Shown here: piece after piece, positions 51,601 through 64,000 of the stretch | How the letters are laid out: every line of letters begins with the position of its first letter | Position numbering within the stretch: position 1 is the stretch's first letter | Assembly: GCF_009914755.1 (NCBI RefSeq) | Contig: NC_060935.1 | Direction: 5' to 3' (one strand) | DNA from: the human T2T-CHM13v2.0 reference genome, Homo sapiens | DNA length: 64,000 nt | Notes under the pieces: generated by a model | Told to the model about the DNA's origin: nothing | What the model saw: only the letters and a program-made list of their open reading frames with translations | Databases searched by the model: none | Translations under genes and position numbers: made by a program

Positions 51601-54600
51601 TCCACTTCAAGAATTGAACTTTCCTCTTGACAGAGCAGCTCTGAAACCCTCTTTTTCTAGAATCTGCAAGTGGACATTTGGAGGGCTTTGAGGCCTGTGG
51701 TGGAAAAGGAAAATCTTCACATAAAAACTGGATGGAAGCATTCTCAGAAACTACTTTGTGATGATTGCATTCGACTCACAGAGTTGAACATTCCTATAGA
51801 TAGAGCAGGTTGTAAACAATCTTTTTGTAGAATCTGCGATTGGAGAGTGGAATGCTTTGAGGCCTACTGTAGTAAAGGAAATAACTTCATCTAAAAACCA
51901 AACGGAGACATTCAAAGACAATTCTTAGTGATCATTGGATTGAACTAACAGAGCTAAACATTCCTTTAGATGGCGCAGTTTCCAAACTCACTCTCTGTAG
52001 AATCTGCAAGTGGATATTTGGACCTCTCTGAGGATTTCGTTGGAAACGGGATAAACTTCCCAGAACTACACGGAAGCATTCTGAGAAACTTCTTTGTGAT
52101 GTTTGCATTCAACTCACAGAGTTGAACCTTGCTTTCATAGTTCAGCTTTCAAACACTCTTTTTATAGAATCTGCAAGTGGATATTTGGACCACTTTGTGG
52201 CCTTCCTTCGAAACGGGTATATCTTCACATCAAACCTAGACAGAAGCATTCTCAGAATGTTTCCTGTGATGACTGCATTCAACTCACAGAGGTGAACAAT
52301 CCTGTTGATGGAGCAGTTTTGAAACTCTCTTTCTTTGGATTCTGCAAGTGGATATGTGGACCTCTGTGAAGATTTCGTTGGAAACGGGTTCATCTTCACA
52401 GAAAAACTAAACAGAAGCATTCTCAGAAACTGCTTTGTGATGTTTGTGTTCCACTTCAAGAATTGAACTTTCCTCTTGACAGAGCAGCTCTGAAACCCTC
52501 TTTTTCTAGAATCTGCAAGTGGACATTTGGAGGGCTTTGAGGCCTGTGGTGGAAAAGGAAAATCTTCACATAAGAACTAGATGGAAGCATTCTCAGAAAC
52601 TACTTTGTGATGATTGCATTCGAGTCACAGAGTTGAACATTCCTATAGATAGAGCAGGTTGTAAACAATCTTTTTGTACAATCTGCGATTGGAGATTTGG
52701 ACTGCTTTGAGGCCTACTGTAGTAAAGGAAATAACTTCATCTAAAAACCAAACGGAAGCATTCACAGACAATTCTTAGTGATCATTGGATTGAACTAACA
52801 GAGCTGAACATTCCTTTAGATGGAGCAGTTTCCAAACTCACTTTCTGTAGAATCTGCAAGTGGATATTTGGACCTCTCTGAGGATTTCGTTGGAAACGGG
52901 ATAAACTTCCCAGAACTACACGGAAGCATTCTGAGAAACTTCTTTGTGATGTTTGCATTGAACTCACAGAGTTGAACCTTGCTTTCATAGTTCAGCTTTC
53001 AAACACTCTTTTTGTAGAATCTGCAAGTGGATATTTGGACCACTTTGTGGCCTTCCTTTGAAACGGGTATATCTTCACATCAAACCTAGACAGAAGCATT
53101 CTCAGAATGTTTCCTGTGATGACTGCATTCAACTCACAGAGGTGAACAATCCTGTTGATGGAGCAGTTTTGAAACTCTCTTTCTTTGGATTCTGCAAGTT
53201 GATATGTGGACTTCTGTGAAGATTTCGTTGGAAACGGGTTCATCTTCACAGAAAAACTAAACAGAAGCATTCTCAGAAACTGCTTTGTGATGTTTGTGTT
53301 CCACTTCAAGAATTGAACTTTCGTCTTGACAGAACAGCTCTGAAACCCTCTTTTTCTAGAATCTGCAAGTGGACATTTGGAGGGCTTTGAGGCCTGTGGT
53401 GGAAAAGGAAAATCTTCACATAAAAACTAGATGGAAGCATTCTCAGAAACTACTTTGTGATGATTGCATTCGACTCACAGAGTTGAACATTCCTATAGAT
53501 AGAGCAGGTTGTAAACAATCTTTTTGTAGAATCTGCGATTGGAGATTTGGACTGCTTTGAGGCCTACTGTAGTAAAGGAAATAACTTCATCTAAAAAGCA
53601 AACGGAAGCATTCACAGACAATTCTTAGTGATCATTGCATTGAACTAACAGAGCTGAACATTCCTTTAGATGGCGCAGTTTCCAAACACACTTTCTGTAG
53701 AATCTGCAAGTGGATATTTGGACCTCTCTGAGGATTTCGTTGGAAACGGGATAAACTTCCCAGAACTACACGGAAGCATTCTGAGAAACTTCTTTGTGAT
53801 GTTTGCATTCAACTCACAGAGTTGAACCTTGCTTTCATAGTTCAGCTTTCAAACACTCTTTTTGTAGAATCTGCAAGTGGATATTTGGACCACTTTGTGG
53901 CCTTCCTTCGAAACGGGTATATCTTCACATCAAACCTAGACAGAAGCATTCTCAGAATGTTTCCTGCGATGACTGCATTCAACTCACAGAGGTGAACAAT
54001 CCTGTTGATGGAGCAGTTTTGAAACTCTCTTTCTTTGGATTCTGCAAGTGGATATGTGGACCTCTGTGAAGATTTCGTTGGAAACGGGTTCATCTTCACA
54101 GAAAAACTAAACAGAAGCATTCTCAGAAACTGCTTTGTGATGTTTGTGTTCCACTTCAAGAATTGAACTTTCCTCTTGACAGAGCAGCTCTGAAACCCTC
54201 TTTTTCTAGAATCTGCAAGTGGACATTTGGAGGGCTTTGAGGCCTGTGGTGGAAAAGGAAAATCTTCACATAAAAACTAGATGGAAGCATTCTCAGAAAC
54301 TATTTTGTGCTGATTGCATTCGACTCACAGAGTTGAACATTCCTATAGATAGAGCAGGTTGTAAACAATCTTTTTGTAGAATCTGCGATTGGAGATTCGG
54401 ACTGCTTTGAGACCTACTGTAGTAAAGGAAATAACTTCATCTAAAAACCAAACGGAAGCATTCACAGACAATGCTTAGTGATCATTGGATTGAACTAACA
54501 GAGCTGAACATTCCTTTAGATGGAGCAGTTTCCAAACCCACTTTCTGTAGAATGTGCAAGTGGATATTTGGACCTCTCTGAGGATTTCGTTGGAAACGGG

Positions 54601-57600
54601 ATATACTTCCCAGAACTACACCGAAGTATTCTGAGAAACTTCTTTGTGATGTTTGCATTCAACTCACAGAGTTGAACCTTGCTTTCATAGTTCAGCTTTC
54701 AAACACTCTTTTTGTAGAATCTGCAAGTGGATATTTGGACCACTTTGTGGCCTTCCTTCGAAACGGGTATATCTTCACATCAAACCTTGACAGAAGCATT
54801 CTCAGAATGTTTCCTGTGATGACTGCATTCAACTCACAGAGGTGAACAATCCTGCTGATGGAGCAGTTTTGAAACTCTCTTTCTTTGGATTCTGCAAGTG
54901 GATATGTGGACCTCTGTGAAGATTTCGTTGGAAACGGGTTCATCTTCACAGAAAAACTAAACAGAAGCATTCTCAGAAACTGCTTTGTGATGTTTGTGTT
55001 CCACTTCAAGAATTGAACTTTCCTCTTGACAGAGCAGCTCTGAAACCCTCTTTTTCTAGAATCTGCAAGTGGACATTTGGAGGGCTTTGAGGCCTGTGGT
55101 GGAAAAGGAAAATCTTCACCTAAAAACTAGATGGAAGCATTCTCAGAAACTACTTTGGATGATTGCATTCGACTCACAGAGTTGAACATTCCTATAGATA
55201 GAGCAGGTTGTAAACAATCTTTTTGTAGAATCTGCGATTGGAGATTTGGACTGCTTTGAGGCCTATTGTAGTAAAGGAAATAACTTCATCTAAAAACCAA
55301 ACGGAAGCATTCACAGACAATGCTTAGTGATCATTGGATTGAACTAACAGAGCTGAACATTCCTTTAGATGGCACAGTTTCCAAACACACTCTCTGTAGA
55401 ATCTGCAAGTGCATATTTGGACTTCTCTGAGGATTTCGTTGGAAACGGGCTAAAATTCCCAGAACTACACGGAAGCATTCTGAGAAACTTCTTTGTGATG
55501 TTTGCATTCAACTCACAGAGTTGAACCTTGCTTTCATAGTTCAGCTTTCAAACACTCTTTTTGTAGAATCTGCAAGTGCATATTTGGACCACTTTGTGGC
55601 CTTCCTTCGAAACGGGTATATCTTCACATCAAACCTTGACAGAAGCATTCTCAGAATGTTTCCTGTGATGACTGCATTCAACTCACAGAGGTGAACAATC
55701 CTGCTGATGGAGCAGTTTTGAAACTCTCTTTCTTTGGATTCTGCAAGTGGATATGTGGACCTCTGTGAAGATTTAGTTGGAAACGTGTTCATCTTCACAG
55801 AAAAACTAAACAGGAGCATTCTCAGAAACTGCTTTGTGATGTTTGTGTTCCACTTCAGGAATTGAACTTTCCTCTTGAAAGAGCAGCTCTGAAACCCTCT
55901 TTTTCTAGAATCTGCAAGTGGACATTTGGAGGGCTTTGAGGCCTGTGGTGGAAAAGGGAAATCTTCACATAAAAACTAGATGGAAGCATTCTCAGAAACT
56001 ACTTTGTGATGATTGCATTCGACTCACAGAGTTGAACATTCCTATAGATAGAGCAGGTTGTAAACAATCTTTTTGTAGAATCTGCGATTAGAGATTTGGA
56101 CTGCTTTGAGGCCTACTGTAGTAAAGGAAATAACTTCATCTAAAAAGCAAACGGAAGCATTCACAGACAATTCTTAGTGATCATTGGATTGAACTAACAG
56201 AGCTGAACATTTCCTTAGATGGCGCAATTTCCAAACACACTTTCTGTAGAATCTGCAAGTGGATATTTGGACCTCTCTGAGGATTTCGTTGGAAACGGGA
56301 TAAACTTCCCAGAACTACACGGAAGCATTCTGAGAAACTTCTTTGTGATGTTTGCATTCAACTCACAGAGTTGATCCTTGCTTTCATAGTTCAGCTTTCA
56401 AACACTCTTTTTGTAGAATCTGGAAGTGGATATTTGGACCACTTTGTGGCCTTCCTTCGAAACGGGTATATCTTCACATCAAACCTAGACAGAAGCATTC
56501 TCAGAATGTTTCCTGTGATGACTGCATTCAACTCACAGAGGTGAACAATCCTGTTGATGGAGCCGTTTTGAAACTCCCTTTCTTTGGATTCCGCAAGTGG
56601 ATATGTGGAACTCTGTGAAGATTTCGTTGGAAACGGGTTCATCTTCACAGAAAAACTAAACAGGAGCATTCTCAGAAACTGCTTTGTGATGTTTGTGTTC
56701 CACTTCAAGAATTGAACTTTCCTCTTGACAGAGCAGCTCTGAAACCCTCTTTTTCTAGAATCTGCAAGTGGACATTTGGAGGGCTTTGAGGCCTGTGGTG
56801 GAAAAGGAAAATCTTCACATAAAAACTAGATGGAAGCATTCTCAGAAACTACTTTGTGATGATTGCATTCGACTCACAGAGTTGAACATTCCTATAGATA
56901 GAGCAGGTTGTAAACAATCTTTTTGTAGAATCTGCGATTGGAGATTTGGACTGCTTTGAGGCCTACTGTAGTAAAGGAAATAACTTCATCTAAAAACCAA
57001 ACGGAAGCATTCACAGACAATTCTTAGTGATCATTGGATTGAACTAACAGAGCTGAACATTCCTTTAGATGGAGCAGTTTCCAAACACACTTTCTGTAGA
57101 ATCTGCAAGTGGATATTTGGACCTCTCTGAGGATTTCGTTGGAAACGGGATAAACTTCCCAGAACTACACGGAAGCATTGTTAGAAACTTCTTTGTGATG
57201 TTTGCATTCAACTCACAGAGTTGAACCTTGCTTTCATAGTTCAGCTTTCAAACACTCTTTTTGTAGAATCTGCAAGTGGATATTTGGACCACTTTGTGGC
57301 CTTCCTTTGAAACGGGTATATCTTCACATCAAACCTAGACAGAAGCATTCTCAGAATGTTTCCTGTGATGACTGCATTGAACTCACAGAGGTGAAAAATC
57401 CTGTTGATGGAGCAGTTTTGAAACTCTCTTTCTTTGGATTCTGCAAGTTGATATGTGGACTTCTGTGAAGATATCGTTGGAAACGGGTTCATCTTCACAG
57501 AAAAACTAAACAGAAGCATTCTCAGAAACTGCTTTGTGATCTTTGTGTTCCACTTCAAGAATTGAACTTTCCTCTTGACAGAGCAGCTCTGAAACCCTCT

Positions 57601-60600
57601 TTTTCTAGAATCTGCAAGTGGACATTTGGAGGGCTTTGAGGCCTGTGGTGGAAAAGGAAAATCTTCACATAAAAACTAGATGGAAGCATTCTCAGAAACT
57701 ACTTTGTGATGATTGCATTCGACTCACAGAGTTGAACATTCCTATAGATAGAGCAGGTTGTAAACAATCTTTTTGTAGAATCTGCGATTGGAGATTTGGA
57801 CTGCTTTGAGGCCTACTGTAGTAAAGGAAATAACTTCATCTAAAAACCAAACGGAAGCATTCACAGACAATTCTTAGTGATCATTGGATTGAACTAACAG
57901 AGCTGAACATTCCTTTAGATGGCGCAGTTTCCAAACACACTTTCTGTAGAATCTGCAAGTAGATATTTGGACCTCTCTGAGGATTTCGTTGGAAACGGGA
58001 TAAACTTCCCAGAACTACACGGAAGCATTCTGAGAAACTTCTTTGTGATGTTTGCATTCAACTCACAGAGTTGAACCTTGCTTTCATAGTTCAGCTTTCA
58101 AACACTCTTTTTGTAGAATCTGCAAGTGGATATTTGGACCACTTTGTGGCCTTCCTTCGAAACGGGTATATCTTCACATCAAACCTAGACAGAAGCATTC
58201 TCAGAATGTTTCCTGTGATGACTGCATTCAACTCACGGAGGTGAACAATCCTGTTGATGGAGCCATTTTGAAACTCCCTTTCTTTGGATTCTGCAAGTGG
58301 ATATGTGGAACTCTGTGAAGATTTCGTTGGAAACGGGTTCATCTTCACAGAAAAACTAAACAGGAGCATTCTCAGAAACTGCTTTGTGATGTTTGTGTTC
58401 CACTTCAGGAATTAAACTTTCCTCTTGACAGAGCAGCTCTGAAACCCTCTTTTTCTAGAATCTGCAAGTGGACATTTGGAGGGCTTTGAGGCCTGTGGTG
58501 GAAAAGGAAAATCTTCCCATAAAAACTAGATGGAAGCATTCTCAGAAACTACTTTGTGATGATTGCATTCGACTCACAGAGTTGAACATTCCTATAGATA
58601 GAGCAGGTTGTAAACAATCTTTTTGTAGAATCTGCGATTGGAGATTTGGACTGCTTTGAGGCCTACTGTAGTAAAGGAAATAACTTCATCTAAAAACCAA
58701 ACGGAGACATTCAAAGACAATTCTTAGTGATCATTGGATTGAACTAACAGAGCTAAACATTCCTTTAGATGGCGCAGTTTCCAAACTCACTCTCTGTAGA
58801 ATCTGCAAGTGGATATTTGGACCTCTCTGAGGATTTCGTTGGAAACGGGATAAACTTCCCAGAACTACACGGAAGCATTGTGAGAAACTTCTTTGTGATG
58901 TTTGCATTCAACTCACAGAGTTGAATCTTGCTTTCATAGTTCAGCTTTCAAACACTCTTTTTATAGAATCTGCAAGTGGATATTTGGACCACTTTGTGGC
59001 CTTCCTTCGAAACGGGTATATCTTCACATCAAACCTAGACAGAAGCATTCTCAGAATGTTTCCTGTGATGACTGCATTCAACTCACAGAGGTGAACAATC
59101 CTGTTGATGGAGCCGTTTTGAAACTCCCTTTCTTTGGATTCCGCAAGTGGATATGTGGAACTCTGTGAAGATTTCGTTGGAAACGGGTTCATCTTCACAG
59201 AAAAACTAAACAGGAGCATTCTCAGAAACTGCTTTGTGATGTTTGTGTTCCACTTCAAGAATTGAACTTTCCTCTTGACAGAGCAGCTCTGAAACCCTCT
59301 TTTTCTAGAATCTGCAAGTGGACATTTGGAGGGCTTTGAGGCCTGTGGTGGAAAAGGAAAATCTTCACATAAAAACTGAATGGAAGCATTCTCAGAAACT
59401 ACTTTGTGATGATTGCATTCGACTCACAGAGTTGAACATTCCTATAGATAGAGCAGGTTGTAAACAATCTTTTTGTAGAATCTGCGATTGGAGATTTGGA
59501 ATGCTTTGAGGCCTACTGTAGTAAAGGAAATAACTTCATCTAAAAACCAAACGGAGACATTCAAAGACAATTCTTAGTGATCATTGGATTGAACTAACAG
59601 AGCTAAACATTCCTTTAGATGGCGCAGTTTCCAAACTCACTCTCTGTAGAATCTGCAAGTGGATATTTGGACCTCTCTGAGGATTTCGTTGGAAACGGGA
59701 TAAACTTCCCAGAACTACACGGAAGCATTGTGAGAAACTTCTTTGTGATGTTTGCATTCAACTCACAGAGTTGAACCTTGCTTTCATAGTTCAGCTTTCA
59801 AACACTCTTTTTATAGAATCTGCAAGTGGATATTTGGACCACTTTGTGGCCTTCCTTCGAAACGGGTATATCTTCACATCAAACCTAGACAGAAGCATTC
59901 TCAGAATGTTTCCTGTGATGACTGCATTCAACTCACAGAGGTGAACAATCCTGTTGATGGAGCAGTTTTGAAACTCTCTTTCTTTGGATTCTGCAAGTGG
60001 ATATGTGGACCTCTGTGAAGATTTCGTTGGAAACGGGTTCATCTTCACAGAAAAACTAAACAGAAGCATTCTCAGAAACTGCTTTGTGATGTTTGTGTTC
60101 CACTTCAAGAATTGAACTTTCCTCTTGACAGAGCAGCTCTGAAACCCTCTTTTTCTAGAATCTGCAAGTGGACATTTGGAGGGCTTTGAGGCCTGTGGTG
60201 GAAAAGGAAAATCTTCACATAAGAACTAGATGGAAGCATTCTCAGAAACTACTTTGTGATGATTGCATTCGACTCACAGAGTTGAACATTCCTATAGATA
60301 GAGCAGGTTGTAAACAATCTTTTTGTACAATCTGCGATTGGAGATTTGGACTGCTTTGAGGCCTACTGTAGTAAAGGAAATAACTTCATCTAAAAACCAA
60401 ACGGAAGCATTCACAGACAATTCTTAGTGATCATTGGATTGAACTAACAGAGCTGAACATTCCTTTAGATGGAGCAGTTTCCAAACTCACTTTCTGTAGA
60501 ATCTGCAAGTGGATATTTGGACCTCTCTGAGGATTTCGTTGGAAACGGGATAAACTTCCCAGAACTACACGGAAGCATTCTGAGAAACTTCTTTGTGATG

Positions 60601-61550
60601 TTTGCATTCAACTCACAGAGTTGAACCTTGCTTTCATAGTTCAGCTTTCAAACACTCTTTTTGTAGAATCTGCAAGTGGATATTTGGACCATTTTGTGGC
60701 CTTCCTTTGAAACGGGTATATCTTCACATCAAACCTAGACAGAAGCATTCTCAGAATGTTTCCTGTGATGACTGCATTCAACTCACAGAGGTGAACAATC
60801 CTGTTGATGGAGCAGTTTTGAAACTCTCTTTCTTTGGATTCTGCAAGTTGATATGTGGACTTCTGTGAATATTTCGTTGGAAACGGGTTCATCTTCACAG
60901 AAAAATTAAACAGAAGCATTCTCAAAAACTGCTTTGTGATGTTTGTGTTCCACTTCAAGAATTGAACTTTCCTCTTGACAGAGCAGCTCTGAAACCCTCT
61001 TTTTCTAGAATCTGCAAGTGGACATTTGGAGGGCTTTGAGGCCTGTGGTGGAAAAGGAAAATCTTCACATAAAAACTATATGGAAGCATTCTCAGAAACT
61101 ACTTTGTGATGATTGCATTCGACTCACAGAGTTGAACATTCCTATAGATAGAGCAGGTTGTAAACAATCTTTTTGTAGAATCTGCGATTGGAGATTTGGA
61201 CTGCTTTGAGGCCTACTGTAGTAAAGGAAATAACTTCATCTAAAAAGCAAACGGAAGCATTCACAGACAATTCTTAGTGATCATTGCATTGAACTAACAG
61301 AGCTGAACATTCCTTTAGATGGCGCAGTTTCCAAACACACTTTCTGTAGAATCTGCAAGTGGATATTTGGACCTCTCTGAGGATTTCGTTGGAAACGGGA
61401 TAAACTTCCCAGAACTACACGGAAGCATTCTGAGAAACTTCTTTGTGATGTTTGCATTCAACTCACAGAGTTGAACCTTGCTTTCATAGTTCAGCTTTCA
61501 AACACTCTTTTTGTAGAATCTGCAAGTGGATATTTGGACCACTTTGTGGC
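48700..61550 (+). repeat. Duplication of ~6 HORs at 9-HOR offset (48.7-53.9 kb vs 56.35-61.55 kb; offset 7648-7649)
   Basis: Ordered shared SNVs: ttccgcaag ~48944/56592, cattgttag ~49532/57180, cttcccata ~50869/58517, ggagacattcaaag ~51058/58706, taagaact ~52574/60223, ttgtacaat ~52679/60328, aaaagcaa ~53598/61247. Confidence 0.85.
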
Positions 61551-64000
61551 CTTCCTTCGAAACGGGTATATCTTCACATCAAACCTTGACAGAAGCATTC
61601 TCAGAATGTTTCCTGTGATGACTGCATTCAACTCACAGAGGTGAACAATCCTGCTGATGGAGCAGTTTTGAAACTCTCTTTCTTTGGATTCTGCAAGTGG
61701 ATATGTGGACCTCTGTGAAGATTTCGTTGGAAACGGGTTCATCTTCACAGAAAAACTAAACAGGAGCATTCTCAGAAACTGCTTTGTGATGTTTGTGTTC
61801 CACTTCAAGAATTGAACTTTCCTCTTGACAGAGCAGCTCTGAAACCCTCTTTTTCTAGAATCTGCAAGTGGACATTTGGAGGGCTTTGAGGCCTATGGTG
61901 GAAAAGGAAAATCTTCACATAAAACTAGATGGAAGCATTCTCAGAAACTACTTTGTGATGATTGCATTCGACTCACAGAGTTGAACATTCCTATAGATAG
62001 AGCAGGTTGTAAACAATCTTTTTGTAGAATCTGCGATTGGAGATTTGGACTGCTTTGAGGCCTACTGTAGTAAAGGAAATAACTTCATCTAAAAACCAAA
62101 CGGAAGCATTCACAGACAATTCTTAGTGATCATTGGATTGAACTAACAGAGCTGAACATTCCTTTAGATGGCGCAGTTTCCAAACACACTTTCTGTAGAA
62201 TCTGCAAGTGGATATTTGGACTTCTCTGAGGATTTCGTTGGAAACGGGATAAACTTCCCAGAACTACACGGAAGCATTCTGAGAAACTTCTTTGTGATGT
62301 TTGCATTCAACTCACAGAGTTGAACCTTGCTTTCATAGTTCAGCTTTCAAACACTCTTTTTGTAGAATCTGCAAGTGGATATTTGGACCACTTTGTGGCC
62401 TTCCTTCGAAACGGGTATATCTTCACATCAAACCTAGACAGAAGCATTCTCAGAATGTTTCCTGTGATGACTGCATTCAACTCACAGAGGTGAACAATCC
62501 TGTTGATGGAGCAGTTTTGAAACTCTCTTTCTTTGGATTCTGCAAGTGGATATGAGGACCTCTGTGAAGATTTCGTTGGAACAGGGTTCATCTTCACAGA
62601 AAAACTAAACAGAAGCATTCTCAGAAACTGCTTTGTGATGTTTGTGTTCCACTTCAAGAATTGAACTTTCCTCTTGACAGAGCAGCTCTGAAACCCTCTT
62701 TTTCTAGAATCAGCAAGTGGACATTTGGAGGGCTTTGAGGCCTGTGGTGGAAAAGGAAAATCTTCACATAAAAACTAGATGGAAGCATTCTCAGAAACTA
62801 CTTTGTGATGATTGCATTCGACTCACAGAGTTGAACATTCCTATATATAGAGCAGGTTGTAAACAATCTTTTTGTAGAATCTGCGATTGGAGATTTGGAG
62901 TGCTTTGAGGCCTACTGTAGTAAAGGAAATAACTTCATCTAAAAACCAAACGGAAGCATTCACAGACAATTCTTAGTGATCATTGCATTGAACTAACAGA
63001 GCTGAACATTCCTTTAGATGGCGCAGTTTCCAAACACACTTTCTGTAGAATCTGCAAGTGGATATTTGGACCTCACTGAGGATTTCGTTGGAAACGGGAT
63101 AAACTTCCCAGAACTACACGGAAGCATTCTGAGAAACTTCTTTGTGATGTTTGCATTCAACTCACAGAGTTGAACCTTGCTTTGATAGTTCAGCTTTCAA
63201 ACACTCTTTTTGTAGAATCTGCAAGTGGATATTTGGACCACTTTGTGGCCTTCCTTCGAAACGGGTATATCTTCACATCAAACCTAGACAGAAGCATTCT
63301 CAGAATGTTTCCTGTGATGACTGCATTCAACTCACAGAGGTGAACAATCCTGTTGATGGAGCAGTTTTGAAACTCTCTTTCTTTGGATTCTGCAAGTGGA
63401 TATGTGGACCTCTGTGAAGATTTCGTTGGAAACGGGTTCATCTTCACAGAAAAACTAACCAGGAGCATTCTCAGAAACTGCTTTGTGATGTTTGTGTTCC
63501 ACTTCAGGAATTGAACTTTCCTCTTGACAGAGCAACTCTGAAACCCTCTTTTTCCAGAATCTGCAAGTGGACATTTGGAGGGCTTTGAGGCCTGTGGTGG
63601 AAAAGGAAAATCTTCACATAAAAACTAGATGGAAGCATTCTCAGAAACTACTTTGTGATGATTGCATTCGACTCACAGAGTTGAACATTCCTATAGATAG
63701 AGCAGGTTGTAAACAATCTTTTTGTAGAATCTGCGATTGGAGATTTGGACTGCTTTGAGGCCTACTGTAGCAAAGGAAATAACTTCATCTAAAAACCAAA
63801 CGGAAGCATTCAAAGACAATTCTTAGTGATCATTGGATTGAAGTAACAGAGCTGAACATTCCTTTAGATGGCGCAGTTTCCAAACACACTTTCTGTAGAA
63901 TCTGCAAGTGGATATTTGGACCTCTCTGAGGATTTCGTTGGAAACGGGATAAACTTCCCAGAACTACACGGAAGCATTCTGAGAAACTTCTTTGTGATGT

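Larger units (their letters stand above)
1..64000 (+). repeat. D11Z1: Centromeric alpha-satellite HOR array, 5-mer (850 bp), SF3, most likely human chr11 D11Z1; about 75 tandem copies in one orientation
   Basis: Landmarks recur every 850 bp (255, 1105, 1955 ... 63151; net shift -4 from four 1-bp deletions). Sub-periodicity is ~170 bp, with alphoid motifs CATTCTCAGAAAC, GAATCTGCAAGTGGATATTTGG and TTTCGTTGGAAACGGG. There is one TCTAGA per unit. A 0.85-kb XbaI pentamer is the established description of D11Z1. Alpha-satellite identity is near certain; the chromosome assignment is from recall, not a search. Confidence 0.92.

Noticed and set aside
51845-51855. GAGTGGAATG resembling HSat2/3 GGAAT
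   Set aside because: It is a single pentamer produced by an SNV (also at ~50153 and 59501) plus a local deletion, with no tandem GGAAT run.
255-63758. Recurrent 63-145 aa ORFs on both strands (MHSTHRVEP..., MDIWRALRP..., MKWNTNITK...)
   Set aside because: They are translations of the satellite repeating every 850 bp. Many start at TTG/GTG, they overlap on opposite strands, stops and frameshifts interrupt them freely, and they show no recognisable domain.
1-64000. CRISPR-like or other repeat-spacer system
   Set aside because: There are no unique spacers and no associated genes. The entire unit is repeated and is recognisable alpha satellite.
1-64000. Transposon insertion, inversion or truncated HOR variants
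   Set aside because: The 850-bp phase holds end to end apart from four 1-bp deletions. I saw no poly-A tail, target-site duplication, Alu/L1 sequence or strand switch.
1-64000. Synthetic centromere reference-model sequence instead of real assembly
   Set aside because: Ordered SNV haplotypes are preserved over 4-15 kb offsets with private differences. A short-memory monomer model would not be expected to produce that, although read validation is still needed.

Overview
The whole 64 kb window is one uninterrupted, head-to-tail primate centromeric alpha-satellite array. It holds about 75 copies of an 850-bp five-monomer higher-order repeat (HOR); the monomers are about 168/170/171/170/171 bp. 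The B-B-B-A-A box order, the pentamer and the single XbaI site per 850 bp match suprachromosomal family 3 and best fit human chromosome 11 D11Z1. Each HOR normally carries two intact CENP-B boxes, one degenerate B box and two A-type (pJalpha-like) boxes. I see no genes, RNA genes, transposons, inversions or monomer-scale structural variants, and the ORF track is a by-product of the repeat. The notable signal is in the SNV haplotypes. They show nested in-register duplications at 1-, 2-, 3-, 5-, 6-, 9- and ~18-HOR scale, a precise one-HOR deletion junction, and a sharp haplotype-domain boundary at ~47.9 kb. They also show gain and propagated loss of CENP-B boxes, candidate out-of-register monomer-to-monomer micro-conversions, four 1-bp deletions with no insertions, and an apparently transversion-rich variant spectrum. 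I found no support for a novel coding system. All comparisons were made by eye.
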